From sequence record PQ471515.1: DNA of 64,000 bases; one strand, 5' to 3'. This document shows positions 47,970 through 56,745 of this stretch, piece after piece; the first letter of the stretch is position 1; the number at the start of each line of letters is the position of its first letter. The notes under the pieces were generated by a model that did not search any database, was not told where the DNA came from, and saw only the letters and a list, made by a program, of their open reading frames with translations. A program made the translations under genes and the position numbers.

Positions 47970-48280
47970 AATACGCTTTAGTATTTGCAATTTCTTTTCT
48001 ATTAATTAGTGGTTGTGCTGAAGAAATTAAGTATCAACCTAAACCAATTGTAGAACAAGAAATCTTACTTGAACGTTGTGACGAAAATACACCACTACCA
48101 AGTAAAATCATGGTCGATAAAAACGGGTTCAGAGGATATGATGGTGCTGAAATTCTTGCAGTACTCGTAAAATGGGATGCAATGTACAATGACTGTGCAC
48201 TAAAACATGATGCATTAATTAAAACTATTCGTGATTTACAAAATCAAGATGTTAAGGTTAAAATTAAATCCGAGGATTAA
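47966..48280 (+). CDS. Outer-membrane spanin lipoprotein (Rz1-like)
   Basis: Lipobox LISGC; Pro-containing linker; YNDCALKHDAL. Confidence 0.7.
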   Translation: MKYALVFAISFLLISGCAEEIKYQPKPIVEQEILLERCDENTPLPSKIMVDKNGFRGYDGAEILAVLVKWDAMYNDCALKHDALIKTIRDLQNQDVKVKIKSED

Positions 48281-48282
48281 AA

Positions 48283-48894
48283 ATGTCAAAATATCAGGTC
48301 TACTATGTTGCCAAACTATCACTTCTTGATGAGTTAAATCAAAGAAGTACACAGATGAAACGCTATACATATAACGGTGTTACTTTCCGATACTTCCCAC
48401 AAAAAGTACTTACATTCGTTAAGAATTGTAAATGCGTTGCGTGTGGTATTGAAGCCACTGAAGTTCGCATTGAGCGTTCACATAGCACAGATCCGGTATA
48501 TGGTAAACCTCACTTAAATGTCTATGCAGTTTGTGGTCTATATGAAGTACTGATGACAGTAGATCATAACCAACTAGCATCTAAGGGTGGACCTGATTTA
48601 GAGTCAAATTACAACACCATGTGTTCACGTTGTAACAGTCTTCGTTCTAATAAAACTGAATCAGTAGATGAATTCCTGGAAAAAGTTAAGGGTAGAAATC
48701 TACTGGAAGAGCATATGAATGATTTTTTCAATAAAGATAAGAAGAAATCTAAAATTCCTACTCCAGAAGAATTGGAAGAACGCCGTTTACGTACAGAACT
48801 ATGGGAAACCGACCATATATGGCATGTTCGTGATTTTGGACGACATATGAAAGCTCTAAAAAAAGAACAAAAGAAATTGAATAATCACAATTAA
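48283..48894 (+). CDS. HNH endonuclease
   Basis: CVACG, TVDH...SKGG...NYNTMCSRCNSLRSNK. Confidence 0.85.
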   Translation: MSKYQVYYVAKLSLLDELNQRSTQMKRYTYNGVTFRYFPQKVLTFVKNCKCVACGIEATEVRIERSHSTDPVYGKPHLNVYAVCGLYEVLMTVDHNQLASKGGPDLESNYNTMCSRCNSLRSNKTESVDEFLEKVKGRNLLEEHMNDFFNKDKKKSKIPTPEELEERRLRTELWETDHIWHVRDFGRHMKALKKEQKKLNNHN

Positions 48895-48903
48895 TATGTT
48901 ATG

Positions 48904-48937
48904 ATAGGGACTTGAGAAATCGAGTCCCTATTTTTTT
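48904..48937 (+). terminator. Rho-independent terminator
   Basis: ATAGGGACTTG/CGAGTCCCTAT followed by a T tract. Confidence 0.85.
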
Positions 48938-48948
48938 GGAGAAAATAA

Positions 48949-49305
48949 ATGAAATCTAAAATCTTTTTACCACAGTTAATGTGGCATCTGGCAGAGTTAG
49001 ATGAAGATGATGAATATACTGACTATGGTACATGGGATGACAGTACTGAATCATTCAATCCAGATGTTAAGTACAAAATCATTAGTAATGAAAGTAAAGG
49101 GCATAGACGATGGACAGAAGAATTTGATCTAGTTTTTCTTGACATGAACACGAACAAATATTATCATTGTACGTATGAACGAGGTTTAACAGAAGATAGA
49201 CCAGCAGAACCATTCAGAAATGAAACTGATGGTGTTAAGTGCTATGAAGTTTCTGTTACCAGAGAAGAAATTATCACTTATCGAACTTTGTGGAAATATT
49301 TGTAA
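48949..49305 (+). CDS. Acidic hypothetical protein
   Basis: GGAG upstream. Confidence 0.7.
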   Translation: MKSKIFLPQLMWHLAELDEDDEYTDYGTWDDSTESFNPDVKYKIISNESKGHRRWTEEFDLVFLDMNTNKYYHCTYERGLTEDRPAEPFRNETDGVKCYEVSVTREEIITYRTLWKYL

Positions 49306-49703
49306 TGCTAAAAGAATTAGATTTTTCAAACTTAGAAATCATCAGTGCTGTTAAAAATATCTCTGACTTTGGAGATGAGAAGTCAGTACTGGTAACTGTT
49401 ACATTCGTCAAAGAACAGGATAGCTATAGCCATTTAGATGGTATTGAAGAACTAATTCACAAGACTAATCTACAAAACGATGGTAAACTCATTAAGCTTC
49501 AGGCTTCCTATACGCAAAAATCGTCATTTTTTGTAGACCTAAATAATGTAGTCAAGGTGGTATACAATCACCCTGAACACAAATACAGGAACACGACAAG
49601 AAACGAGAATGATGCTATAGACTCCAATATCAAAGAGGATGTCGAATTCATCAACACAATTTTTGACCGTTGTTCCAAGGATTTGAAAAAGGTATACATG
49701 TAA
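49305..49703 (+). CDS. Hypothetical protein
   Basis: TAATG overlap with the upstream gene. Confidence 0.7.
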   Translation: MLKELDFSNLEIISAVKNISDFGDEKSVLVTVTFVKEQDSYSHLDGIEELIHKTNLQNDGKLIKLQASYTQKSSFFVDLNNVVKVVYNHPEHKYRNTTRNENDAIDSNIKEDVEFINTIFDRCSKDLKKVYM

Positions 49704-49704
49704 C

Positions 49705-49732
49705 GGGACATAATACATCCTAGTGATATAAT
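49705..49732 (+). promoter_or_regulatory. Promoter GGGACA-N16-TATAAT with TG extended -10, firing into the non-coding element
   Basis: Conserved promoter family; no credible CDS for ~660 nt downstream. Confidence 0.7.
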
Positions 49733-49737
49733 GTATA

Positions 49738-50390
49738 TTGTAAAATGACAACGGACATTGAAAAATGGATAATGAGAACCTACTTCTCTTGAAAATGTAA
49801 AGGATAGATGAGCTTTACCGTTGTAGCGAACAGCAAAAGAAACCTGTTAGAGTACTGGCAATCAAACAAACACGAGATAAGACCACGAATCACGGCGACA
49901 CGGCTGTATAAAGAACTCCAATAAGCACACAGAGAGTTCCTAGATAGATGTATAAGGTTCGCACCTTACGAATTTGCTAAGGGAGTTCAAGGATTGTGGA
50001 CGCGATTTTACAAGAAAGTTGCGTCCAAAATTTGAGAACAGGTACTACTTTGATCGAATAGAGTTTAGTACTGAGTGCTGTTGATGAAAAGACCAGCGAC
50101 CGTTGCATATGACTGCGATAGAGAGAAACCGAGCAACCCGCTTTCGCTCTCTAAATTTTGGTACAGGAAAGATCCGTCCAAAATTTGAGAAATTCGCAAT
50201 TCGATAATATCCGATGCCATCATCGTCAAGAGAGACTTAATTGTCTCTTTTTTATTACCTTCATTCCCCTGCGGGGGGATGAAATAGTCCTCAACAAATC
50301 CCGTCAAGCTTTTAAAGTACATTATCATTTTCAGAAGGAACTAGTTTACGAAGTAAACGTAGTGACTTCTTGAGTTACGAGAGAACGAAG
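49738..50390 (+). ncRNA. Candidate large structured non-coding RNA, copy B (homology to copy A over ~49838-50310)
   Basis: ~690 nt CDS-free gap, upstream promoter, conserved blocks and compensatory stems relative to 1-412; 5' and 3' ends are inferred. Confidence 0.65.
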
Positions 50391-50393
50391 TGA

Positions 50394-50822
50394 ATGAGTA
50401 ACACAACGAAAATATCCAATACATCTGAATTAACACAAATGTTATTCAAAGAATATTTTGAGTATCAAATCAAAAGCGATCATAATTTGGTTCAGACCTA
50501 TTTGAAGAGAATCAAAGATCCATTAAGTTTAAACAAAGGAACTGAATTTTATAACAGTATTTTAGACTTTATTAATTTAGTTCATACAAACAGACCTATT
50601 GTAGTTTTCTTCTTTGATAAATCAATTCCTGTAGAAGTTCCTGATAATGTATTTTTTGTTACTGAAACTGATTTAAGTAATCAAAGTACTGTAAGTAGAT
50701 TAAGGAATTGCTTACTTATAATTTGTGATTCTTCATTATATAACAATAGAGTACTATGGAATAGAAGTAAGAGAAATGCAGTTTCAGAAATGAATCCTGA
50801 AGTTACCTTTATTATTAACTAA
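50394..50822 (+). CDS. Hypothetical protein
   Basis: ORF directly downstream of the candidate RNA. Confidence 0.7.
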   Translation: MSNTTKISNTSELTQMLFKEYFEYQIKSDHNLVQTYLKRIKDPLSLNKGTEFYNSILDFINLVHTNRPIVVFFFDKSIPVEVPDNVFFVTETDLSNQSTVSRLRNCLLIICDSSLYNNRVLWNRSKRNAVSEMNPEVTFIIN

Positions 50823-50852
50823 ATACCATAGAATAACTCTAAGGAGAGATTT

Positions 50853-51293
50853 ATGGAAAATATTAATGATTTGCGACATGTAATGGACTTTATTGGAGAT
50901 ACTGAAGAAGATAGTTCTTATGATGAAGTACTACTTACATTTATTGAGAATAGTTTATTTTTAAGTGCTGCTGCTCACAACTGGCATTTACAGAGCCATT
51001 TCTACACTAAGCACCTACAATTGGATGAACTATACAAAGAGTTACCTGAGTACGTTGATGCATTTGTAGAGGGTATTATGAACACTCGCGGTGCATTGCA
51101 GGTAGGTACTGGTAACAGTTATCGTTTTACCCCTATCGAGGATTGTGTACCAATTCTTGAAGAATATGTTAGTCAATGTAAAGCCATTCATGCTATGCTT
51201 GAAGAGGCTGAAGACTATGGCAGTACTAACACACTAGAAGACATTATGAGTTTTTGTGAAGGAATGCTTTACAAACTCAAAGTTTTACAATAA
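50853..51293 (+). CDS. Dps/ferritin-like protein
   Basis: HNWHLQ...HLQLDELYKELPEYVDAFVE ferroxidase-type pattern. Confidence 0.8.
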   Translation: MENINDLRHVMDFIGDTEEDSSYDEVLLTFIENSLFLSAAAHNWHLQSHFYTKHLQLDELYKELPEYVDAFVEGIMNTRGALQVGTGNSYRFTPIEDCVPILEEYVSQCKAIHAMLEEAEDYGSTNTLEDIMSFCEGMLYKLKVLQ

Positions 51294-51300
51294 AATATAT

Positions 51301-51330
51301 GGAGAGTCATTGTGACTCTCCTTTTCTTTT
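51301..51330 (+). terminator. Rho-independent terminator
   Basis: GGAGAGTCA/TGACTCTCC followed by a T tract. Confidence 0.85.
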
Positions 51331-51341
51331 GGAGAATATAT

Positions 51342-51695
51342 ATGAGTGATTACCGCGTAACATCTGGACTAATGGCCCGTCTTATTGAAGCAGTTCCTGA
51401 AGATGATTATGAAGCTATTTCAGATCGTCTTTTTGACGCAGATTCTAAACTCCATATTACATATGATGGTGCATTGATTTACAGTACTGATATTGATATG
51501 TCTAGTTATGAATTTGAGATTTCTTTTGGTAACAAACTAACTACTGAAGAATTCGCTCAAAAATGTGAGCGTGAAGGGTTGTGTATTGATATTAGTTCAG
51601 TTCAGCCATATACATCACTGTGGTATGATGGTGCTGATAGTCCAATGTCTACTACATCTTTACGGGATTTTCTAAATGCAAATCAAAAAGATTAA
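51342..51695 (+). CDS. Acidic hypothetical protein
   Basis: GGAG before ATG 51342. Confidence 0.7.
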   Translation: MSDYRVTSGLMARLIEAVPEDDYEAISDRLFDADSKLHITYDGALIYSTDIDMSSYEFEISFGNKLTTEEFAQKCEREGLCIDISSVQPYTSLWYDGADSPMSTTSLRDFLNANQKD

Positions 51696-52068
51696 ATTCC
51701 ACCAGCATTGTTCTATACATGAATGTGATGATTGTGGTATGAACATGAGTGACATTTATACAGTTTCCTGTAAAGGATTCAAATTCACTCACGGTGAACC
51801 TGCATATTGTTATGGCACAGAAGAAGGTGATATCGAAGTAGTACTGAAAGAATTGTTCCAGTACTTGCAAAGTGCAGGTCATGATGTTACAATGCCCACA
51901 TATTACGAAGATGATTATGACTCACATGTAGAAGAAAATACATATTATAATCAATTCGTTCATGGTAATGGTTTTATCACATACCTACATGAGAATGGTA
52001 TTGAGGTAAAAACTAAGTACACTAGTGATGATTACGAAAGCGATGACTCTATGGAGATTGAAGATTGA
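51676..52068 (+). CDS. Acidic hypothetical protein with Cys/His clusters
   Basis: HECDDCG and HGEPAYCYG. Confidence 0.7.
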   Translation: MQIKKIKFHQHCSIHECDDCGMNMSDIYTVSCKGFKFTHGEPAYCYGTEEGDIEVVLKELFQYLQSAGHDVTMPTYYEDDYDSHVEENTYYNQFVHGNGFITYLHENGIEVKTKYTSDDYESDDSMEIED

Positions 52069-52652
52069 AAGCAAAAGACCTAGCAGCACTGTTGATGCAG
52101 AACCCTGAAATGGAAGTGTATCATGAGCACATGCATATTGATGATATGTGTGAATCGTACTATTCACCAGAAAATGTGTCTGGGATTGAAATTACACCAA
52201 GTGGTGTATTCATCAGTACTGAACGTATGGATTACAATTCCCAGCAAGAAATCAAAACTCCACATAATAAACCTCGCATTGGTGCTATTGACCTAGTATT
52301 TCATCAGGACCGTTTGGTTGAATATGATGAAGACGATGGTACTACCCGAACTGATGTTGAGAATGTTGTTTTTCCTTTTTATAATGCATACGAAGACCCA
52401 ACAACTGGGGAAGACTTATTTCGTGAGCTATTAGAGGATGGACAAGTTTATGGTCAGAATGGAACAGTTTTCACACTAGACCCTAATTATGAACCAGATC
52501 ATAACACATGGCAATTCTACACACCTGAAGATGTAATGGAAGTTAAAGTACTTACAGATCTTGACGATAATTGGAACCCAGTATATACTTCAATGACATT
52601 TGAAGAAGCAAAAAACCATTTCGTTTCTAAACTAAACATTACAAAAGAATAA
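52065..52652 (+). CDS. Acidic hypothetical protein
   Basis: TTGA overlap with the upstream gene. Confidence 0.7.
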   Translation: MKAKDLAALLMQNPEMEVYHEHMHIDDMCESYYSPENVSGIEITPSGVFISTERMDYNSQQEIKTPHNKPRIGAIDLVFHQDRLVEYDEDDGTTRTDVENVVFPFYNAYEDPTTGEDLFRELLEDGQVYGQNGTVFTLDPNYEPDHNTWQFYTPEDVMEVKVLTDLDDNWNPVYTSMTFEEAKNHFVSKLNITKE

Positions 52653-52656
52653 GGAT

Positions 52657-52947
52657 TTGAAATTTATGAAAATTGTCGCAAGTGCATGGATGAAACTTAC
52701 TGATGGTACTACTGCTTTTGAAGAGTATGGTTTTGTTGAAAGTGTAGAAGAATTAAAGCGTTTCAAAAGTGAAAATGATGATGATGTATTTGACATTGTA
52801 TTCACCTATCACCATATTCCAAATGATACAGATTATGAACATTATTATTACAATCCAGACCTATTGGAAAATCTAGTGTGCGACAATCAACATGAAATTG
52901 ATGAAAACACTGCTCTACTAATGCTGAGTACCGTATCTCCGGTATAA
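52657..52947 (+). CDS. Acidic hypothetical protein
   Basis: Packed ORF. Confidence 0.65.
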   Translation: MKFMKIVASAWMKLTDGTTAFEEYGFVESVEELKRFKSENDDDVFDIVFTYHHIPNDTDYEHYYYNPDLLENLVCDNQHEIDENTALLMLSTVSPV

Positions 52948-52955
52948 GGAGTTAT

Positions 52956-53435
52956 ATGTATAACCTTACAATTATCCGCGAACCAAATGATTATGAAGGT
53001 AATACAATCTATGGTGAAGTTTTGGTATTTCAAAGTACTGAACAAAGTGGTATTGAACATAAATTAAAAGATTATTTACGTGATCATTTATATCTGTACC
53101 GTACTGATGCAAATTGTAATTATGGTGATATAATGTTTATTGTAACGCACAATGGTGCGGTAATTGAACATGTGAACATGACAAATGTAATGGATTTTTA
53201 TAATTACACTGATACTTCTTTTCCATTGGATAACTATTTCAGTACTGTTTTTGATGCGTTACGTAAGAACGTTGCTAAAAATGATAGATTCTGTACTAAT
53301 TTTAGATTATTAGAAACAAATACAAGAAAGAATCTTTCTAAGAAGTATGATGAAGAACATAAGAAAAATCAGGAAATTCAACGTTTACATGAGTTAATGA
53401 AGAAATATCCCAACGAGGTCAAATATGGCTCTTAG
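52956..53435 (+). CDS. Hypothetical protein
   Basis: AAGGAG upstream. Confidence 0.7.
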   Translation: MYNLTIIREPNDYEGNTIYGEVLVFQSTEQSGIEHKLKDYLRDHLYLYRTDANCNYGDIMFIVTHNGAVIEHVNMTNVMDFYNYTDTSFPLDNYFSTVFDALRKNVAKNDRFCTNFRLLETNTRKNLSKKYDEEHKKNQEIQRLHELMKKYPNEVKYGS

Positions 53436-53763
53436 AGGACAAACTCAATATAAGTGTATTGAAGAAATCAGAAAGAAAGATGGAACACTTTTTGACAGGA
53501 AATTAAAACAAGAATATAAAGACCTAAGAGATGTTATCCGAAATGAAAGTTTCGGTGGGAAGCGTAGACAGAAGATTTATGAATTTCTGAAGAATGGTGT
53601 AGAAATTCAAGTCAATGGTCTTCATTGTGTACAAACCAAAAACGATCCAGATATTTTACGTCTTTTAAAAGAGGGTAAAATAGAAATGTTCAATATCCCA
53701 ATTTCATCCTATGGTAATAGATTAAAATGTAAGCACACGTACTTAAGGATTAAAAATGGGTAA
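53425..53763 (+). CDS. Basic hypothetical protein
   Basis: GAGG upstream. Confidence 0.7.
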   Translation: MALRGQTQYKCIEEIRKKDGTLFDRKLKQEYKDLRDVIRNESFGGKRRQKIYEFLKNGVEIQVNGLHCVQTKNDPDILRLLKEGKIEMFNIPISSYGNRLKCKHTYLRIKNG

Positions 53764-54340
53764 ATTAGTATATTACTATGGTAGTATGTCTAGTGGTAAA
53801 AGTACTCATCTTTTACAAAAAGCATATAACCATAAGAAAAATGGAATGAAGGTAATTTACTTAACCAGTGCACTTGATGATCGTTATGGAACAGGAAAGA
53901 TTACTTCAAGAATTGGCATCGAAGCTGTGGCTGAAGTAATTCCAAAAAATGACATTAGTGTTCTTCTTAAAGTTAAAGAAACACTCAAAAATGACGTTGA
54001 CATTAACAGTATCTATGTTGATGAATGTCAATTTTTAAACAGAGAACAGATTGACCATTTAGCTGATATAGCAGATAATTATGGTGTTGATGTTTCCTGT
54101 TATGGAATCCGAACAGATTTTGAATCCAATCTATTTGAAGGTTCACAAAGACTGTTCGAAATAGCTGATGACATACATGAACTTAAGAACGTGTGTGAGA
54201 ATCAGAAGTGTGGCAAAGAAGCCACTATGAATGCCCGTATAGTTGAAAGTACTGATAAAGTCTTTATTGGTGGTGATGAATCATACAAGAGTCTATGCAG
54301 AACTTGCTATATGGATTATATGAGGAATAAAAATGGTTGA
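53756..54340 (+). CDS. tk: Thymidine kinase
   Basis: GSMSSGKS, YVDECQF, YGIRTDF, GSQRLFEIAD and Zn-site Cys residues. Confidence 0.95.
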   Translation: MGKLVYYYGSMSSGKSTHLLQKAYNHKKNGMKVIYLTSALDDRYGTGKITSRIGIEAVAEVIPKNDISVLLKVKETLKNDVDINSIYVDECQFLNREQIDHLADIADNYGVDVSCYGIRTDFESNLFEGSQRLFEIADDIHELKNVCENQKCGKEATMNARIVESTDKVFIGGDESYKSLCRTCYMDYMRNKNG

Positions 54341-54557
54341 TTCATTTATGAAACGCGTTTTGAATGATGTACTATCTGGATTTAAAAAAGCGACTAGTCT
54401 TATTTTTAGTTCAGTAGTGATGGTTATTACCGTAATGGCATTTGCACTTGTACTGCATTTTGTACCATTCTGGTTAGTCTTCATTGTACTCATTGTTCTT
54501 CTAGGTACGCATGTTTATTATGTTTACCGTGAAGCTTTGGATGATGATAACGTTTAA
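54333..54557 (+). CDS. Small membrane protein
   Basis: Two TM segments. Confidence 0.7.
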   Translation: MVDSFMKRVLNDVLSGFKKATSLIFSSVVMVITVMAFALVLHFVPFWLVFIVLIVLLGTHVYYVYREALDDDNV

Positions 54558-54600
54558 AAGTGTTTGACCTCACTATGTGGGGTCTTTTTAAGGTATCTAT

Positions 54601-55044
54601 ATGCATAACGAAACTGAAGTCTTCAAACGTTTCATTGATATTTGTTTACACACGAATTTGGTATATTTGGGTCCAGGAGCAAACTTCAGAACTTTATCTT
54701 CAATTTTAGGATACACTGAACCATCATGCTTATATTGCGATGGGAACATGATCCATCTAACTGATGGTGATTTTAATGTTCAGTACATTTCACAATGTGA
54801 TATGTATGTGTTTAATACACCAGAATATAATATTATTATTGAAGAACGTACTAAAGATAATTACCCAACCCAATATGTAAGTTGGGATAGAACAGATTGC
54901 GTATATGCCACTGGCCCAGTACAGAAACCTATGAACTATCCTACTATTCATTTGAATGTTATCCATGATGAATTGAAAGATTACTGTAACAGTATTTCAG
55001 ATTCGGAAACAAAATACTTTCCTATTATATTTTTTAAGGTTTGA
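54601..55044 (+). CDS. Hypothetical protein
   Basis: Follows the terminator-like hairpin at 54566-54590. Confidence 0.7.
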   Translation: MHNETEVFKRFIDICLHTNLVYLGPGANFRTLSSILGYTEPSCLYCDGNMIHLTDGDFNVQYISQCDMYVFNTPEYNIIIEERTKDNYPTQYVSWDRTDCVYATGPVQKPMNYPTIHLNVIHDELKDYCNSISDSETKYFPIIFFKV

Positions 55045-55436
55045 TTATGAGATGGCGTAAACGACATGTAACAAGATTTAATAAAATAATCAAAAAGTAT
55101 TTCTCGCATAAGTTAGATCCAATCATACTTCAACTAAGAAGTAGTATGTTTGATAGACGTTTCCCACAGTGTTTAGAATCGTACAGTCGTAAACGTTACA
55201 AGAATGAATACCTGGTATATCGTTATGATTTATCAGAATTCTTTTTGAATACTCGCGTATCTGTACCCATCAGACTGTACTCAAGGGTAAAACGAAGTAG
55301 GGTTCAAGATATCACTTATGGTTATCTTATGCTTGAGATTAATGAACTCAATGAAAAAACAGGTAGAAATTTCAGTACTTTATGTCTGGAAAACAATGAT
55401 ACCATAAAAAGAATTATAGAAGATTTGGGCAAGTAG
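55041..55436 (+). CDS. Basic hypothetical protein
   Basis: Packed ORF. Confidence 0.65.
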   Translation: MIMRWRKRHVTRFNKIIKKYFSHKLDPIILQLRSSMFDRRFPQCLESYSRKRYKNEYLVYRYDLSEFFLNTRVSVPIRLYSRVKRSRVQDITYGYLMLEINELNEKTGRNFSTLCLENNDTIKRIIEDLGK

Positions 55437-55465
55437 GATTTTTTATGCTATAATTGGAGATGAGT

Positions 55466-55810
55466 ATGCAATACATCGACAAAGGTACAGTTGAAACACA
55501 GTACTGGAATATTCATATTGCTGGTGATATCCAAACAGCAAGAGAGTACACACGAAAGTTTGCATTCAAGCTTGGATTTTGTGTACAATTGATTCCGTGT
55601 GAATACATCTACACGGGTGGTCTTGAAAGTGGAATGTGTGCTCGTATTATTCAGTACCCACGCTTCCCAAAAGAAGAAATATATCTCAACCGAGATGTAT
55701 TAAACTATGCTAAGGGTTTAGCTGAAGAGTTGTGTCAAAAGAGTTTTACTATTGAACGAAATAATGATACAATCTATTATGAAAGTACCGACCCTTTACA
55801 CAAGAAATGA
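55466..55810 (+). CDS. Hypothetical protein
   Basis: GGAG upstream; YIYTGGLESG...IQYPRFP. Confidence 0.75.
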   Translation: MQYIDKGTVETQYWNIHIAGDIQTAREYTRKFAFKLGFCVQLIPCEYIYTGGLESGMCARIIQYPRFPKEEIYLNRDVLNYAKGLAEELCQKSFTIERNNDTIYYESTDPLHKK

Positions 55811-55956
55811 AAGGAAAATATATGAATGGACTAAAAAAGTTTGGTAAAGATTTTCTAAAGTGCATCCGTTATACATACGATGCTAACCCTGAAATGACCG
55901 CCATTGTGGGTGTGTTTATTACACTCGTTGTATTAAGCTTTATTGTGGTGTAAAAT

Positions 55957-56160
55957 ATGATTGAAATTAATGCTGATGTTTATTGTAGTGCATCACCAAA
56001 CTACTTCATTTATGCACTAAGTACATTTGGTGAAACTGAAGGTGAAACTTTTGTTTTAGTAGATAATACTACATGGTACAAAACAAGTAATAAAATTCCG
56101 AAAGATGTTTTGGAAACTTATGTTCGTATTGAAAATAAAAACATATATGTAAATTTATAG
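55957..56160 (+). CDS. Small hypothetical protein
   Basis: Packed ORF. Confidence 0.55.
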   Translation: MIEINADVYCSASPNYFIYALSTFGETEGETFVLVDNTTWYKTSNKIPKDVLETYVRIENKNIYVNL

Positions 56161-56167
56161 GTAAAAT

Positions 56168-56578
56168 ATGATTGAAATGGAAGGAACTCTGGTGTATGAT
56201 CCAGATCGTGGCACTATGAAAAAGAAGAAGGACTTCTGGTTAGTACTGCAACTTCCATTACAGTTGGTTCGATACTACCAGTACTTCATCAGAACTGACT
56301 TACATATTGATATTAAAGACCCACAATGGGGAGCACATGTCAGTATCGTTCGTGGTGAAGTGCCACCAAATCCAGAGTACTGGAAAAAGTACGATGGTAT
56401 GAAAGTTAAGATTAAGTTCGAACCTTTCATCGAAGAAGTAAAAGACAATAAGAAACCTGGGTCATTCTTTATCATAGAGTTTGAAGATGATTTCATTGCA
56501 CAAATTCGTGATGAACTTGGTTTAGCATCTAAATATTTCAAATATCACATCACCATTGGTAGAACATACTACGATTAA
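56168..56578 (+). CDS. 2H phosphoesterase (2'-5' RNA ligase / cyclic phosphodiesterase-like)
   Basis: Two Hx[S/T] motifs: AHVSIV and YHITIG. Confidence 0.75.
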   Translation: MIEMEGTLVYDPDRGTMKKKKDFWLVLQLPLQLVRYYQYFIRTDLHIDIKDPQWGAHVSIVRGEVPPNPEYWKKYDGMKVKIKFEPFIEEVKDNKKPGSFFIIEFEDDFIAQIRDELGLASKYFKYHITIGRTYYD

Positions 56579-56745
56579 TGTGGTTATTTGGTAAATAGGT
56601 CTTGATATAACTAAAAAGTATGCTATACTACTTAAATGTTCCAAAGAACAACTGAGTACTGTAGAAAGTCCAATGAGGCTTTTGCAAATGGCCTCTTTGC
56701 CCTCTTTGTGATTGCTCATTGTTAACAACCAACAAAGGAGGCGTT

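Noticed and set aside
49838-50310. Group I or group II intron, tmRNA, RNase P or tRNA identity for the duplicated element
   Set aside because: GAAATAGTCC resembles a group I S element, but copy A reads GAAATATGCT and lacks the matching P7 partner. I see no domain V, tRNA-like ends or interrupted host gene. A covariance-model search is still needed.
48283-50310. HNH nuclease plus RNA as a HEARO/OMEGA-like RNA-guided pair
   Set aside because: The HNH gene is ~850 nt upstream, separated by a terminator and two genes, shows no RuvC motifs, and no HNH gene is adjacent to copy A within the window.
50065-50373. ORFs 50065..50328 (-) and 50158..50373 (+)
   Set aside because: They start at TTG without an SD, have atypical composition and are not conserved in copy A, so they are likely chance ORFs within the RNA-like element.
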